Assembly: GCA_032128375.1 (NCBI GenBank)
Contig: JAQBGU010000188.1
Location: forward strand, 107,458 to 171,457
DNA length: 64,000 bases
From: Deltaproteobacteria bacterium
GTDB taxonomy: Bacteria > Myxococcota_A > UBA9160 > SMWR01
Direction: 5' to 3'
The translations under genes were made by a program, and so were the position numbers. Below the pieces are notes generated by a model, which was not told the origin of the DNA, ran no database searches, and worked only from the letters and a program-made list of their open reading frames with translations. Positions 14,552 to 24,787 of this stretch are shown one piece after another; within the stretch, counting starts at the first letter, position 1, and every line of letters starts with the position of its first letter.

Positions 14552-15664
14552 GTGAAGAGAATCCTGTGCCTGTTCGGAACCCGGCCCGAGATCATCAAGC
14601 TCGCCCCGGTTTTGCGGGCGCTCGAAAACCGACCCGAACGCTTCGAGGTACTTCGGGTGGCATCATCGCAACACATCAGCCTGTTGCATCCGTTTGCTCA
14701 GCACTTTGGAGTACCGATCGATCGCGACCTCGAAGTCATGAAGGACGCCCAGACGCCCGCCCAGGTCGCCGCGAGGGTACTCGAAGGACTCGGCCCCATC
14801 CTCGACGAATGCCAGCCCGACCTCGTGCTGGTGCAGGGCGACACCACGACCGCGATGGCGGGCGCGCTCGCGAGCTTCTTTCACCGTGCCGCTGTCGGTC
14901 ACGTCGAAGCGGGCCTGCGCTCCGGCGATCCGAGTAGCCCATTTCCCGAAGAAACCAACCGCACGCTGATCAGCCGCATTGCGAACTATCATTTCGCTGC
15001 GACTCCACATAATGTAGAGACACTCGTCAGCGAAGGCGTCGATGCTTCTCGGATCGCGCTGACTGGGAATCCCATTGTCGACGCGCTGCACTTCAGCCTG
15101 GCTCACGACAAACCCAGCAAGCGGCTTCAGAGCCGGCTCGATTCCATCGAACAGAAACTGTTGGTGCTCACCACGCACCGGCGGGAGAGTTTCGGCGAGA
15201 CGATGCGGGGAAACCTCGAAGTGATTCGCCGTTTCGTCGAGGCGCACGCTGATGTGGCATTGGCGTTCCCGGTCCACCCGAACCCCGAGGTCCTCGGGCC
15301 GACACGAAAAATCCTCGGCGGTGTCGATCGTGTGCATCTGCTCGACCCACTCGGCTACCCCGATTTCATTGCGCTGCTAAAGCGCGCATGGCTGGTAGTA
15401 TCGGACTCGGGGGGCGTGCAAGAAGAGGCTCCGACGCTCGGAAAGGCACTGTTGGTACTGCGCGAAAACACCGAGCGTCCCGAAGCGATCGAATCAGGTG
15501 TCGCGCGATTGGTCGGCGGTTCGCCCCAGGCCCTCGAAGAGATTCTTTCGGAGTTGTACACCGACGACAGTTGGATGCGTCATGTGAGTCAGATCCCCAA
15601 TCCGTTCGGGCAAGGGAACGCCGGAGAGCGCATCGCAGACGCGATCGAAATCTTCTTGAACTGA
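14552..15664 (+). CDS. wecB: UDP-N-acetylglucosamine 2-epimerase (non-hydrolysing)
   Basis: Motifs GTRPEIIK, QGDTTT, HVEAGLRS, HRRE and DSGGVQEEAP. Confidence 0.93.
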   Translation: MKRILCLFGTRPEIIKLAPVLRALENRPERFEVLRVASSQHISLLHPFAQHFGVPIDRDLEVMKDAQTPAQVAARVLEGLGPILDECQPDLVLVQGDTTTAMAGALASFFHRAAVGHVEAGLRSGDPSSPFPEETNRTLISRIANYHFAATPHNVETLVSEGVDASRIALTGNPIVDALHFSLAHDKPSKRLQSRLDSIEQKLLVLTTHRRESFGETMRGNLEVIRRFVEAHADVALAFPVHPNPEVLGPTRKILGGVDRVHLLDPLGYPDFIALLKRAWLVVSDSGGVQEEAPTLGKALLVLRENTERPEAIESGVARLVGGSPQALEEILSELYTDDSWMRHVSQIPNPFGQGNAGERIADAIEIFLN

Positions 15665-15712
15665 CACATCTCGAACGGACACTCCTGGAACTGGACTCGA
15701 AGGACACACCAG

Positions 15713-16108
15713 ATGGCCAAATCGCTCGCCGACTTCGTGAATGAAGCATTGAAGAGCATCGAAGAAGTGACACCCGAACGCGCACTCGAAATCCTCGAGG
15801 CACCCGACTGCGACGGCTGGCACTTCATCGACGTGCGAGAACCCGATGAGTTCGTTCCGGCGCACATCCGCACCGCGCGCAACTTTCCGCGCGGCTTCCT
15901 GGAAGTCCGTGCGGATCTCGAGCACTACAAGCGCGATCCGTGGCTCGAAGACCGCAACCGAAAACTGATCTTGTATTGCGGCGGCGGACACAGAAGCGCG
16001 TTGGCGACCCGGACGCTCGCGCAAATGGGTTTTGTAAACCTGCTGTCACTTCGCGAAGGCTGGACGGGCTGGATCGAGCGTGGCTTTCCGATCGAGACCG
16101 CGGTCTAG
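15713..16108 (+). CDS. Single-domain rhodanese-like sulfurtransferase
   Basis: IDVREPDEF and active-site loop YCGGGHRS. Confidence 0.9.
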   Translation: MAKSLADFVNEALKSIEEVTPERALEILEAPDCDGWHFIDVREPDEFVPAHIRTARNFPRGFLEVRADLEHYKRDPWLEDRNRKLILYCGGGHRSALATRTLAQMGFVNLLSLREGWTGWIERGFPIETAV

Positions 16109-16167
16109 CGAATTGGTCCGGTGAGTCGCGCTCGTGGTGCGAGAGCGTGGAGCCGAAGCTGCGCGAG

Positions 16168-17577
16168 CTATTCTTCGGCACCAACGGGCGGGAGTTCTTC
16201 GCGGCCGGGTAGCCTGTCGTCCAGGCTGTGGATCCAACCGGCGGTTCTCTCACTCATGTCATTCAGCATCTCGCGTGTTTCATTTGTCGAATCGTCGTCG
16301 GGAAGCTTCGCGCGGTCGGGAACCAGCACCGAAACAACGTCCAGCACTTCAGTACGTTCTGCGAACACACGCTCGTGCAGTGCGATGCCGCGGTCGAGGA
16401 GAACCTGGCGTGTGGAGGGGGACGCGACACCGCTCAACCACACCAATCGGTCACCAGTCGGCGGCAAGGCTGCGAACAATAAGTCGGTCTCGGCCGTCCA
16501 GGCGAGGTAGTCGGCCCGAACAGGCAGCACGCTGCGGCCGTCCGCAGCGTCGAAGGTCAGCGTGTCTCCGGTCGCACTCACAGCGACGACTGGCTGTGTG
16601 CTGCGATGATACAACCAGACGAGTTCGGCAAGCTCCACGTAAAAGCGACAGCGCGTCTCGTCGTCCGCGCGTGCGGCCTGTTTCGCCAACCCGCCGCGCC
16701 CCGGAACGCTCTCGATCGACGCAAGCGCGCTCACCAGCAACGTCGTATGCGTCAGCGTGCAGACGGGATGGTCGTTGATCGCGCTGATCTCGTCGGACCA
16801 CAGGCCCATTTTTTTGAGCGCCGCAGCGCTCCCTGCCTCCAACGTCTCCGGTGGGATGTTCCATCCCAACGCTCGCACCCCGTGAATCTGCCGGGAAGTC
16901 GCGACCGCGAGCTTCGCGGCCATTGGCGCTTGTGACATCGCCAAATCGACCGCGAGGCCACCCACGAAAGACGACCAGGCCACCTCGTCGAGTTCGTTTT
17001 GAAGAATCTCGTTGGACGAGAACGGATCCACACCCATCTCGGCAGCCAGCCGGCGCTTGACCCGGCCGTAGCCCAGAGCTGTCTTCACCCGTTCGGTTTT
17101 TGATTTCTCGGGCTCGTTTTCGTCACTAGTGCTCAGCGAGGCAATCGAAAGGTCATTCCACCAGTTTTTGACGCTCTGCGGAACGTCTTTCGCGACCCTG
17201 ACCGGGTCTACGAGTGCATCTTTCGCAAAGCCCAGCGGGCCGGCAGCCGCCGCCTTCACTGCGTCCAGGTAACCCTTCGTCAGCTTCAGCTCGCGCAGAA
17301 CCGCGATGGCTTCCTGCTCACGCGCGCGCTCGAGCACCATCGAATTCCCGTACGCCTCGATGCGCTGGTAGTTGGAAATCAACACGTACCGGTTCATCTG
17401 GCCGTCGTTTTTGACTTGCCGTTCGATGGCGAATTGATCGCCGACGGCGGCGGCTTCGCCCAGCTGGTCGTAGACGTCGAGCAGCGGAGGTGTTTCGTAG
17501 GCCGCGAAATCATCGCCGAGCGCCGCAAACGGCGCGAGAAGCAACATTGGGACCAGAAAGAAACGCCTCAGCCGCAT
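16168..17577 (-). CDS. Exported hypothetical protein
   Basis: 469-aa ORF with a Sec-type signal peptide (MRLRRFFLVPMLLLAPFAALG); fills the gap between neighbouring genes. Confidence 0.7.
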   Translation of the reverse strand: MRLRRFFLVPMLLLAPFAALGDDFAAYETPPLLDVYDQLGEAAAVGDQFAIERQVKNDGQMNRYVLISNYQRIEAYGNSMVLERAREQEAIAVLRELKLTKGYLDAVKAAAAGPLGFAKDALVDPVRVAKDVPQSVKNWWNDLSIASLSTSDENEPEKSKTERVKTALGYGRVKRRLAAEMGVDPFSSNEILQNELDEVAWSSFVGGLAVDLAMSQAPMAAKLAVATSRQIHGVRALGWNIPPETLEAGSAAALKKMGLWSDEISAINDHPVCTLTHTTLLVSALASIESVPGRGGLAKQAARADDETRCRFYVELAELVWLYHRSTQPVVAVSATGDTLTFDAADGRSVLPVRADYLAWTAETDLLFAALPPTGDRLVWLSGVASPSTRQVLLDRGIALHERVFAERTEVLDVVSVLVPDRAKLPDDDSTNETREMLNDMSERTAGWIHSLDDRLPGREELPPVGAEE

Positions 17578-17653
17578 ACTGGAACAGTCTGGCCGGAAAG
17601 TGGTGATAGATCAACTGGCCCCAGCGCCAGTCGGTTTGGGTAATCTACCCAGC

Positions 17654-18496
17654 ATGTCGAATCCCAAGCGCGTTTGCGTTGGCTCCATCGAGATGGGCTA
17701 CGAAGAGCAGGGTGTCGGAGACCGCCCCTTCGTCCTCGTTCACGGCTTCACGGGCTCACGCGACGACTTCGCGGACGTCCTCGGCGGACTCGCCGAAAAG
17801 GGCCGCACGATCACAATCGACCAGCGCGGACACGGCGAGAGCACCAACACCGGCCGCCCCAAAGACTACAACTTCGACATCGCCGTGACCGACCTGCTCG
17901 GCTTCCTCGATGCCTTGGCGATCGACCGATGCGACCTGCTCGGCCACTCGATGGGTGGCATGGTCGCGATTCGCTTCGTGCTCGCCCATCCGGGCCGCGT
18001 CGCCTCGTTGATTCTGATGGATACCTCCCCCTCGCCCATCAAGCTCATGCCGGTCGCGATGATGCAAGCCGGCGCCAAGGTCGGTCGCGAACAGGGCATG
18101 GGTGCGCTGTTCGAAATCATGCGTGCCGGCGCTGCAAACGACCCCAACCGCGCGCCCGCAATGCGCCGATCAGAACAGGAGATGGGCGCCGAGCGCTACT
18201 GGAAACGCATCAGCACCAAGATCGAAGCCATGGATCCCGAAGCGATGCACGCCTGGGCGGCGATCCTGGCCGACCATCACCCCGCCATCGACCGCCTCGC
18301 TGAAATCCGTTGCCCGACTCTCGTCATTGTCGGCGAGCAGGACGCTCCTTTCCTCGCACCCTCACGCTCTATGGCCGACGAGATCGGCGACGCCACCCTC
18401 TCCATCGTCCCCGGTGCAGCCCACAGCCCGCAGCTCGAAAACCCGAAGGCCTGGCTCGAAGCGATCCGCGCGCATCTCGACCGTGCGCGCCACTGA
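17654..18496 (+). CDS. Alpha/beta hydrolase
   Basis: HGFTG, DQRGHG, GHSMGG nucleophile elbow, and C-terminal catalytic His (AAHSP). Confidence 0.9.
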   Translation: MSNPKRVCVGSIEMGYEEQGVGDRPFVLVHGFTGSRDDFADVLGGLAEKGRTITIDQRGHGESTNTGRPKDYNFDIAVTDLLGFLDALAIDRCDLLGHSMGGMVAIRFVLAHPGRVASLILMDTSPSPIKLMPVAMMQAGAKVGREQGMGALFEIMRAGAANDPNRAPAMRRSEQEMGAERYWKRISTKIEAMDPEAMHAWAAILADHHPAIDRLAEIRCPTLVIVGEQDAPFLAPSRSMADEIGDATLSIVPGAAHSPQLENPKAWLEAIRAHLDRARH

Positions 18497-18514
18497 CTCG
18501 GGAGCAATGACTCA

Positions 18515-19888
18515 TTGGACTCCGCTACCCCGCGTCTCGCGTCTTCGACGATCTTCGCATACTGCCTGCCGAACGTCGGAACCGGCTTCATGTTCTTGCT
18601 CATCGGCTTGTACCTGATGAAGTTTTCCACCGACGTGTTGCTGATCGCTCCAGCCACGATGGGGACCATTTTCGGACTTTCACGGATCTGGGATGCGGTT
18701 TCGGACCCGATCGCAGGCTACTTGTCGGATCGGAGCAGCAACCCAATGGGCCGGCGCCGCCCCTGGATCGCGGCGTCGATGTTGCCTATCGCTGTCTTCT
18801 ACGTGATGGCCTGGAGTCCTCTCGAATCACTGTCGGGCCAGGCACTCGTGGCTTGGATGGCAGTCAGCATATTCGGCTTCTATTCCGCGATGACGATATT
18901 CATCGTGCCCCACATGTCGCTGGGCGCCGAACTGACGACCGACTACCACGACCGCAACCGGTTGTTCGGCATCCGACACATCAGCTGGACACTGGGTTCG
19001 ACGCTGTCGTTGGCCGCGATGGCGCTACTGATCTCTGTCGAAGCCGAATCGGGCGCCGCGGTGCGTCAATCGGCCTTCCAATTGGGTGTGGGGGCGGCAC
19101 TCGCAACGGCGAGCATGCTGGGCTTTGCTGCATGGTTCCTGCGAGAGCGTCCCGAATTCCAGGGCCGTGGCGCACAGCGCCCCTTCGCGGCATTCGCAGA
19201 CGTCTGGAAAAACCAGCACGCGCGGTTGCTTCTGATCGTGACACTGGTCGAAAACCTCGGTGGCGCGACAATCGGAATCCTGACGCTGTACATCGCACAG
19301 TACATTGTCGGCAGACCGCAACTCGCTCCGGTATTCATCCTTTGTTACATGGTGCCGTCGATCGCTTCGGTGCCGTTGTGGATCCCGATCTCCCGGCGGA
19401 TCGGCAAGAAGCGACTGTGGGTACTCGCGCAGACCCTGACGGCGCTTTCGTTTGGCGGGATGTTCTTTCTACAGCAGGGGTCGGTCTGGCTGATTTCGAT
19501 GCTGGCGGCCTCTGCTGGCGTCGCCGCGGGCGCGGGGGGCACGGTCAGTCCGTCGATCCAGGCCGACGTGATCGATTTCGACGAATACAATACCGGCGAG
19601 CGCAAGGAGGGCGCGTACTTCTCGGCGTGGAATTTCGTATTCAAGTCAGCGTTCGGAATTACGCTGATGTTCACCGGCTATGTACTGCAATTTTCCGGTT
19701 TCCAACCCAATGTCGAGCAGACAGATACCGTGAAGCTCGCCCTAAAGACCCTCTATGCGATCTACCCGTGCGTTTGTTACGGCGTGGGTGCGCTGTTGCT
19801 CTCGCGATTCTCGTTGAACGAAGACGAGTACGCGGTCTTGCGAACCGAACTCGATCGGCGCAGCGTCGAATTGGCTGCACAGCGGTGA
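18515..19888 (+). CDS. MFS transporter, GPH (MelB/GusB-like) family
   Basis: Motifs RIWDAVSDP, GRRRPW, GAELTTDYHDR and GERKEG; about 12 TM segments. Confidence 0.9.
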   Translation: MDSATPRLASSTIFAYCLPNVGTGFMFLLIGLYLMKFSTDVLLIAPATMGTIFGLSRIWDAVSDPIAGYLSDRSSNPMGRRRPWIAASMLPIAVFYVMAWSPLESLSGQALVAWMAVSIFGFYSAMTIFIVPHMSLGAELTTDYHDRNRLFGIRHISWTLGSTLSLAAMALLISVEAESGAAVRQSAFQLGVGAALATASMLGFAAWFLRERPEFQGRGAQRPFAAFADVWKNQHARLLLIVTLVENLGGATIGILTLYIAQYIVGRPQLAPVFILCYMVPSIASVPLWIPISRRIGKKRLWVLAQTLTALSFGGMFFLQQGSVWLISMLAASAGVAAGAGGTVSPSIQADVIDFDEYNTGERKEGAYFSAWNFVFKSAFGITLMFTGYVLQFSGFQPNVEQTDTVKLALKTLYAIYPCVCYGVGALLLSRFSLNEDEYAVLRTELDRRSVELAAQR

Positions 19889-20010
19889 CGTCAGACTGTT
19901 CACCCATGCCGAACGCAAGCACACGCTCGACCCAGTTCTGCGTGCTACCGGAAGCGCTGGCCTGGTACCCGTAGGGCTTCGCTTTCCGCGGTAGAGGACA
20001 TCTGTTTCCG

Positions 20011-21663
20011 ATGCGAACGACGCTCATCTTGATCGTGGCGGCACTTGCATGGATCGCAGTCGCAGCATCCGCCATCGCCGCGGACAACGCTTCGTCTCGC
20101 GCAGCCTCGAGCCATAGCGTTCTGGCAACGCAACCGCCCGTGTTGAGCGAATACCACGCTCGACAGCCCGGCGATGGAATCAAGTTCTTGATCGCCGCCC
20201 TTGCGACCGGGCTGTTGGTCCTGCGCACCTGGCGGGAGCGCCGCGCCGGGCCGACCCGCATCGAGAACGCGGCGCTCGGACTGCTCGCGATCGCTTCCGT
20301 TTTCGCGTGGTGGAATTTCTTGCAGTTTCATCATCCCCACTACATTCACCTGGCAGATACGTTCCACTACTACATCGGTGCGCGCTACTTTCCGGAGTTG
20401 GGCTATTCGCGCTTATACGATTGCACCGAGGTAGCGAATGCTCGGCTTGCAGGACCACGCGGCCAGATCCCCAGCTCGTTGCGCGATCTGTCGACCAACA
20501 CCATCGTGTCCAGCGCGTCGATCCTGGCGGAGCCAGAGCGCTGTACGAAACACTTCAGTGCAGAGCGTTGGCGCGATTTCGAGCGCGATGTGGCGATGTT
20601 TCGCAACCGCCTCCCCCCGGCACGCTGGAAGCGTCTGCTGCTTGACCACGGTTACAACGGGACACCTTTCTGGACGCTCGTCGGCGGCGCACTCGCTGCC
20701 GGGAGTGGCGGCTTCTGGTCGCGGGTCAGGTGGCTTACCTGGATCGATCCGCTGCTGCTGCTGGTGATGTGGGGTTGCGCCGGCTGGGCATTTGGGTGGC
20801 GCGGGGCGGCAGTCGGCGTGATCTACTGGGGGACCTGTTACCCCGGCCAGTTTGACTGGAACGGTGGTGCATTCCTTCGCCAGGGCTGGCTTGCCGCCAG
20901 CGTCTGTGGCGTTTGCCTGGCCAAGCGCGAACACTACCGCGCGGCCGGGTTTCTGATTGCCGTCGCCGGGCTACTGCGGGTGTTTCCCGCACTGTTGGCG
21001 CTACCAATCGGAATTCAGGTCGCCGCGCGGGCGCTGCGCAGACAGCGAACGTGGTTGCTGCCGGAACATCGCAAGCTGCTGGTCGGTGCGGCTTGCGCGA
21101 TCGGAGTTCTGCTCCCCGCGTCGATGCTGGCGAACGGCACGAGCGCTTGGGCCGACTTTGTTCGCAACAGCCGCCTGCACCTCCGCACACCGTTGTTGAA
21201 TCACGCCGGCCTGAAAACGTTGGTAGCATTCGATCCCGATACGCGCAGCCAGATGTTATTCGATCGGGAGCTGACTGATCCGCTCACGCGTTGGAAGCAG
21301 ACTCGCATCGACCAGTCTGAACGCCGATTTTGGCTGTATGCGGCAGCGCTCGCGGGCTTCGTTGTACTATTGCGATTCGGCGCCAACCAACCCGTCTGGG
21401 TGCTCGCGCTGCTAGGCGTAGCCGCGATCCCGATTGCGACCGAACTAACCAGCTACTACATGACCGTGCTTTGCGGATTCGGTCTGGCGGCGTCGCGGCG
21501 TCCGGTCGTAGGCGCGGCGCTGTGCGCGCTCGCCGCGTCCGGTTGGCTCTTCGCATTCGGCTGGCCGGTCTACGACGAGCACCACGCGCTGCTCAGTGCG
21601 GCCATCGTTGCGTTTGTCGGATTCGCAACCGTTGTGCTCAGCCGAAAAACCTTACTCCCGTAG
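20011..21663 (+). CDS. Polytopic membrane protein, probable GT-C (GT87-like) glycosyltransferase
   Basis: Multiple TM segments, DTFHYY early loop, GYNGTP, and LLRVFPALL (variant of the K/R-x-F-P motif). Confidence 0.55.
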   Translation: MRTTLILIVAALAWIAVAASAIAADNASSRAASSHSVLATQPPVLSEYHARQPGDGIKFLIAALATGLLVLRTWRERRAGPTRIENAALGLLAIASVFAWWNFLQFHHPHYIHLADTFHYYIGARYFPELGYSRLYDCTEVANARLAGPRGQIPSSLRDLSTNTIVSSASILAEPERCTKHFSAERWRDFERDVAMFRNRLPPARWKRLLLDHGYNGTPFWTLVGGALAAGSGGFWSRVRWLTWIDPLLLLVMWGCAGWAFGWRGAAVGVIYWGTCYPGQFDWNGGAFLRQGWLAASVCGVCLAKREHYRAAGFLIAVAGLLRVFPALLALPIGIQVAARALRRQRTWLLPEHRKLLVGAACAIGVLLPASMLANGTSAWADFVRNSRLHLRTPLLNHAGLKTLVAFDPDTRSQMLFDRELTDPLTRWKQTRIDQSERRFWLYAAALAGFVVLLRFGANQPVWVLALLGVAAIPIATELTSYYMTVLCGFGLAASRRPVVGAALCALAASGWLFAFGWPVYDEHHALLSAAIVAFVGFATVVLSRKTLLP

Positions 21664-23550
21664 GTCGACCCGACGGTTGTCGCGTTGCCGCAGCAGTTCG
21701 TCGAACCGCTGCTTGACGATCGCGCCCGATGAGTCGAGCAGCAGGGCCGATGCGTCCGTCATCACCGCTGTCGCGTAGACGAAGCGGCGGGCAGCGCGCG
21801 CTCGATCTACCGCCGCTCGCCGCTGTGAGGGTGGGCCGACGAAGTCGTAATCGAAGTCGGCGTATGCAACCCGCTTGCGAAGCGCGAGGAATGCAACGAA
21901 GCGCACAGCATCGTACGGGTCATCGAGCAGCTGGGCCAGATACGGGATCATCCAGTCCGATTTCTCGCGCGCCCCCGAAGCTTCTCGCGCGGCGTCCCAA
22001 CCCATCGACCACGCGGCGAGCGCTCGTTGGCCTGCGTCACCGCGCAGCGCCCACAGCGCGCCAGTCGCCACATGCGCGTCGTCACCGGCGATTCTGGGTG
22101 GCGACATCCCGTACCATTGCTCGAGGCTTTCGGCTGTCTCGGCGAGTGTGTGGTCGAGGTGACACCCGTTGCATGCGTTCGGCCGCCCGGTGGCGAGGGT
22201 TTCGTCGGCCGACGGATTGGTCACCGTGTGACTGCGGTGCGCCTTCTGAATGCCGTATGCGGTAAACGGCATGTGGCAGTTGTAGCAAAGGCTCCCAGCC
22301 GACTCGGTCGGATGGTGGGTATGAGCCGTCAACGCCTCCCCCGCCAGATGCGGATGGCACCCGGTACAAGCCGCGTTCCCTTGCATGCCATCGCCTAGCT
22401 GGTCGCTTCGCCACTGATCGACGCTGCGCGGGTCGGCCGCAGACAGATGCATGCTGTGGCACGAATTGCAGCTGATTTCTCCGCGTTCGAAACAAGGCGA
22501 CTCGAGCAGGCCGCTGTATTCCCGCCCGGACACGCGAATGATTCCGTCGCTCCAGAAGGTACTCGAAAAGAAGCCAGGGTCTTCTGCGACCGCGGCGCGG
22601 ACGACATCCCGACTTCTCCTTTCGCGAGCATCGCCCGGCTGATAGTCGGGCTCGAGGTACCGCGGCCGTACGAAAATGCGTCGTTCATTGATATTCATCC
22701 CAGGCCGATAGCCATCGAGTTCATCACCCATCAGCCATACACCGTGACATTGCCCGCACACCTGGGCGGCGCGCCTCGAATCGAGGCGGGCCGGTTGCAC
22801 GATGCTCGAATCGTTGTTGCCGCCGAGGTGTTGGGCGTAGCGGTGCAGGGGGTCGCGGTTGCGCAGCACGTGTTCCTCTGCAGGCCCGTGGCACGCCTCA
22901 CACGCGATCCCGAACTCCGCGACGCGAGTGTCCAACAGGCCATCGTCGTCGGCTCGCAACTCGGGGCTGACCGAATGGCACTTGCTGCAGACGCGATTCC
23001 ATTCTCCGACCGCGTGGCTCGCCCGCTTGCTGGCTGGCGTCAGGTAGGTCGATTGAGCTGGAATCCAGCGACCGAGCCGCAAACTGTAGTCGAGGGGAAG
23101 TTGTTGCAGTGCGCGATCCTTTCGCGTGGCGGAGTACCAATACATTTGATCGTGATGCGAGCCGGTCGTCATCAGCAAGCGGCGTAAAACGCGGTGCCGC
23201 TGCTGCTTGCCAATCCGAGCCGATTGTTCCCACTCTGCGAAGAACGCGTCGCCTTCTTTGAAGAGCCGATAGCGAACACCGTTCGACTCGACCCGCGCGT
23301 TATTGAAATCGCCCAGCACCGACTCGGACGCTGCGACCTGAGTCATGGTTCGGTGGAAGGAAGAGTGCCAGGTGGCGTACTCGCGGGGATGGCAGGCGCG
23401 GCAGGTGCCGGATGTCACATAGCCGTCGATGTGAGCTTCGACCGGCCGATCCGTGGGCGTCTCGCCCGAATCGGAAATGGCCGGACGCATCGAGACGACC
23501 AACGACAACGCCAGCACGGCACCACAAGACACAGCGAACGCGTTATTCAC
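21652..23550 (-). CDS. Multiheme (8 x CxxCH) c-type cytochrome
   Basis: CRACH, CSKCH, CEACH, CGQCH, CNSCH, CTGCH, CYNCH, CNGCH. A signal-like segment follows GTG 23550; start uncertain. Confidence 0.88.
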   Translation of the reverse strand: MNNAFAVSCGAVLALSLVVSMRPAISDSGETPTDRPVEAHIDGYVTSGTCRACHPREYATWHSSFHRTMTQVAASESVLGDFNNARVESNGVRYRLFKEGDAFFAEWEQSARIGKQQRHRVLRRLLMTTGSHHDQMYWYSATRKDRALQQLPLDYSLRLGRWIPAQSTYLTPASKRASHAVGEWNRVCSKCHSVSPELRADDDGLLDTRVAEFGIACEACHGPAEEHVLRNRDPLHRYAQHLGGNNDSSIVQPARLDSRRAAQVCGQCHGVWLMGDELDGYRPGMNINERRIFVRPRYLEPDYQPGDARERRSRDVVRAAVAEDPGFFSSTFWSDGIIRVSGREYSGLLESPCFERGEISCNSCHSMHLSAADPRSVDQWRSDQLGDGMQGNAACTGCHPHLAGEALTAHTHHPTESAGSLCYNCHMPFTAYGIQKAHRSHTVTNPSADETLATGRPNACNGCHLDHTLAETAESLEQWYGMSPPRIAGDDAHVATGALWALRGDAGQRALAAWSMGWDAAREASGAREKSDWMIPYLAQLLDDPYDAVRFVAFLALRKRVAYADFDYDFVGPPSQRRAAVDRARAARRFVYATAVMTDASALLLDSSGAIVKQRFDELLRQRDNRRVDLRE

Positions 23551-23599
23551 CACCCCAATGTGCGCGATCTCACCGGTCGGCCGCAAATCGACTGGCGAA

Positions 23600-24787
23600 T
23601 CAAGGCCAATCCGCCAGCGCTCTCGACGCGAACTCCGCGAAGAGGTCCGAGCCACGCTGGTTCCAGTGGCCATCCGTCGGCAACCAGAGTGCCTCGAAGG
23701 CGGATTCGGAGAGTCCCTCGAAGGCGCCACCTCCGTCGAGAAAATCCCCTTCCAAGAGTTCGGCGAATCGCTCGGCATCTCCTGCCCAGGACGGATCTTC
23801 GATTCGGTTGGGTACCCGGACCACGAGCACCGGCAGAGCCAGCTCCTTCAATGCGATTCGCGTCCGTTCGATCAGTACGCGCTGCCCGGGATCGAAGGCG
23901 CGTGGACGCTCGGCCAATGCAGATCCACGCGAGCGAGTCGACAGCCCAGCCACGAGTCGTTGCGCACGACCCCACAGGAACAGGCGTGGCGCGCGGTGAA
24001 CCTCTGGGAGCCAATCACCCGCCAACGCACGGTCGAGTTGGTCGGGCGTTACCACGTACCAGCGCAGGTACGGGTTTCCCGCGACGATGCCGTCTGGCGT
24101 ATCGTCGAGATCATAATTCTGCGAGCGCCCCAGCAGCACTTGCTGGAGATTTCCCGTGTGCTTGCGAGGGCTGTCGTCCCACCAGGAAAAATGCCGGTCG
24201 AGGTCATCGCCCCAGACCGCGAAGATCACACCGTCGAGTTGGTAGCCTTGTGGTTGAACGAAGCGGGTCAGCACGCTCGCCCAGTTCAACAGGCCTGCAC
24301 CGTCGAGCGAGAAATTGAGGAGTTCGAGCCTGCGGCCAGCCGCTCGGGCCAAATCCTCCGCTCGGTCCGGCCAGTTCGTGTCGAAGAATTGGGCGTGGCT
24401 GAACGAATCGCCGAACACGGCGAGGCGCACGATCGCGGGGTCGCTGCGTTTCGGATGAAAATCATCCCGATCGGGAAATCCCTGGTTGTTGCCGAAGTAG
24501 CTTCCACGAGTCTCGATCGAACCATCGCTGGCAATGCAGACGATGCGCGCCGGTGTCGCAGACAGACGCGCCCCTCTCACGGGGTCGAAACGCAGGTTTC
24601 CAGCGGGGTCGGTTCGCTCGTGCATCCAGATCGGAACCGGTTCGAGGTAGCCGCGTACGTAGAGTGCGGTCGCGACGCTCTCGACTATCGCATAGGTCGC
24701 CACGACCGAAACAACCGCCAATATCGCTGTCCGCGCTCCCGCGCCCAGGTGAAAGCCAAAGCTGCGGGCCCACGAGACGAACTTCAC
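23600..24787 (-). CDS. Membrane-anchored SGNH/GDSL hydrolase-fold protein
   Basis: N-terminal TM, FGDSF block I, C-terminal DGH. GTG at 24787 overlaps the upstream TGA. Confidence 0.75.
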   Translation of the reverse strand: MKFVSWARSFGFHLGAGARTAILAVVSVVATYAIVESVATALYVRGYLEPVPIWMHERTDPAGNLRFDPVRGARLSATPARIVCIASDGSIETRGSYFGNNQGFPDRDDFHPKRSDPAIVRLAVFGDSFSHAQFFDTNWPDRAEDLARAAGRRLELLNFSLDGAGLLNWASVLTRFVQPQGYQLDGVIFAVWGDDLDRHFSWWDDSPRKHTGNLQQVLLGRSQNYDLDDTPDGIVAGNPYLRWYVVTPDQLDRALAGDWLPEVHRAPRLFLWGRAQRLVAGLSTRSRGSALAERPRAFDPGQRVLIERTRIALKELALPVLVVRVPNRIEDPSWAGDAERFAELLEGDFLDGGGAFEGLSESAFEALWLPTDGHWNQRGSDLFAEFASRALADWP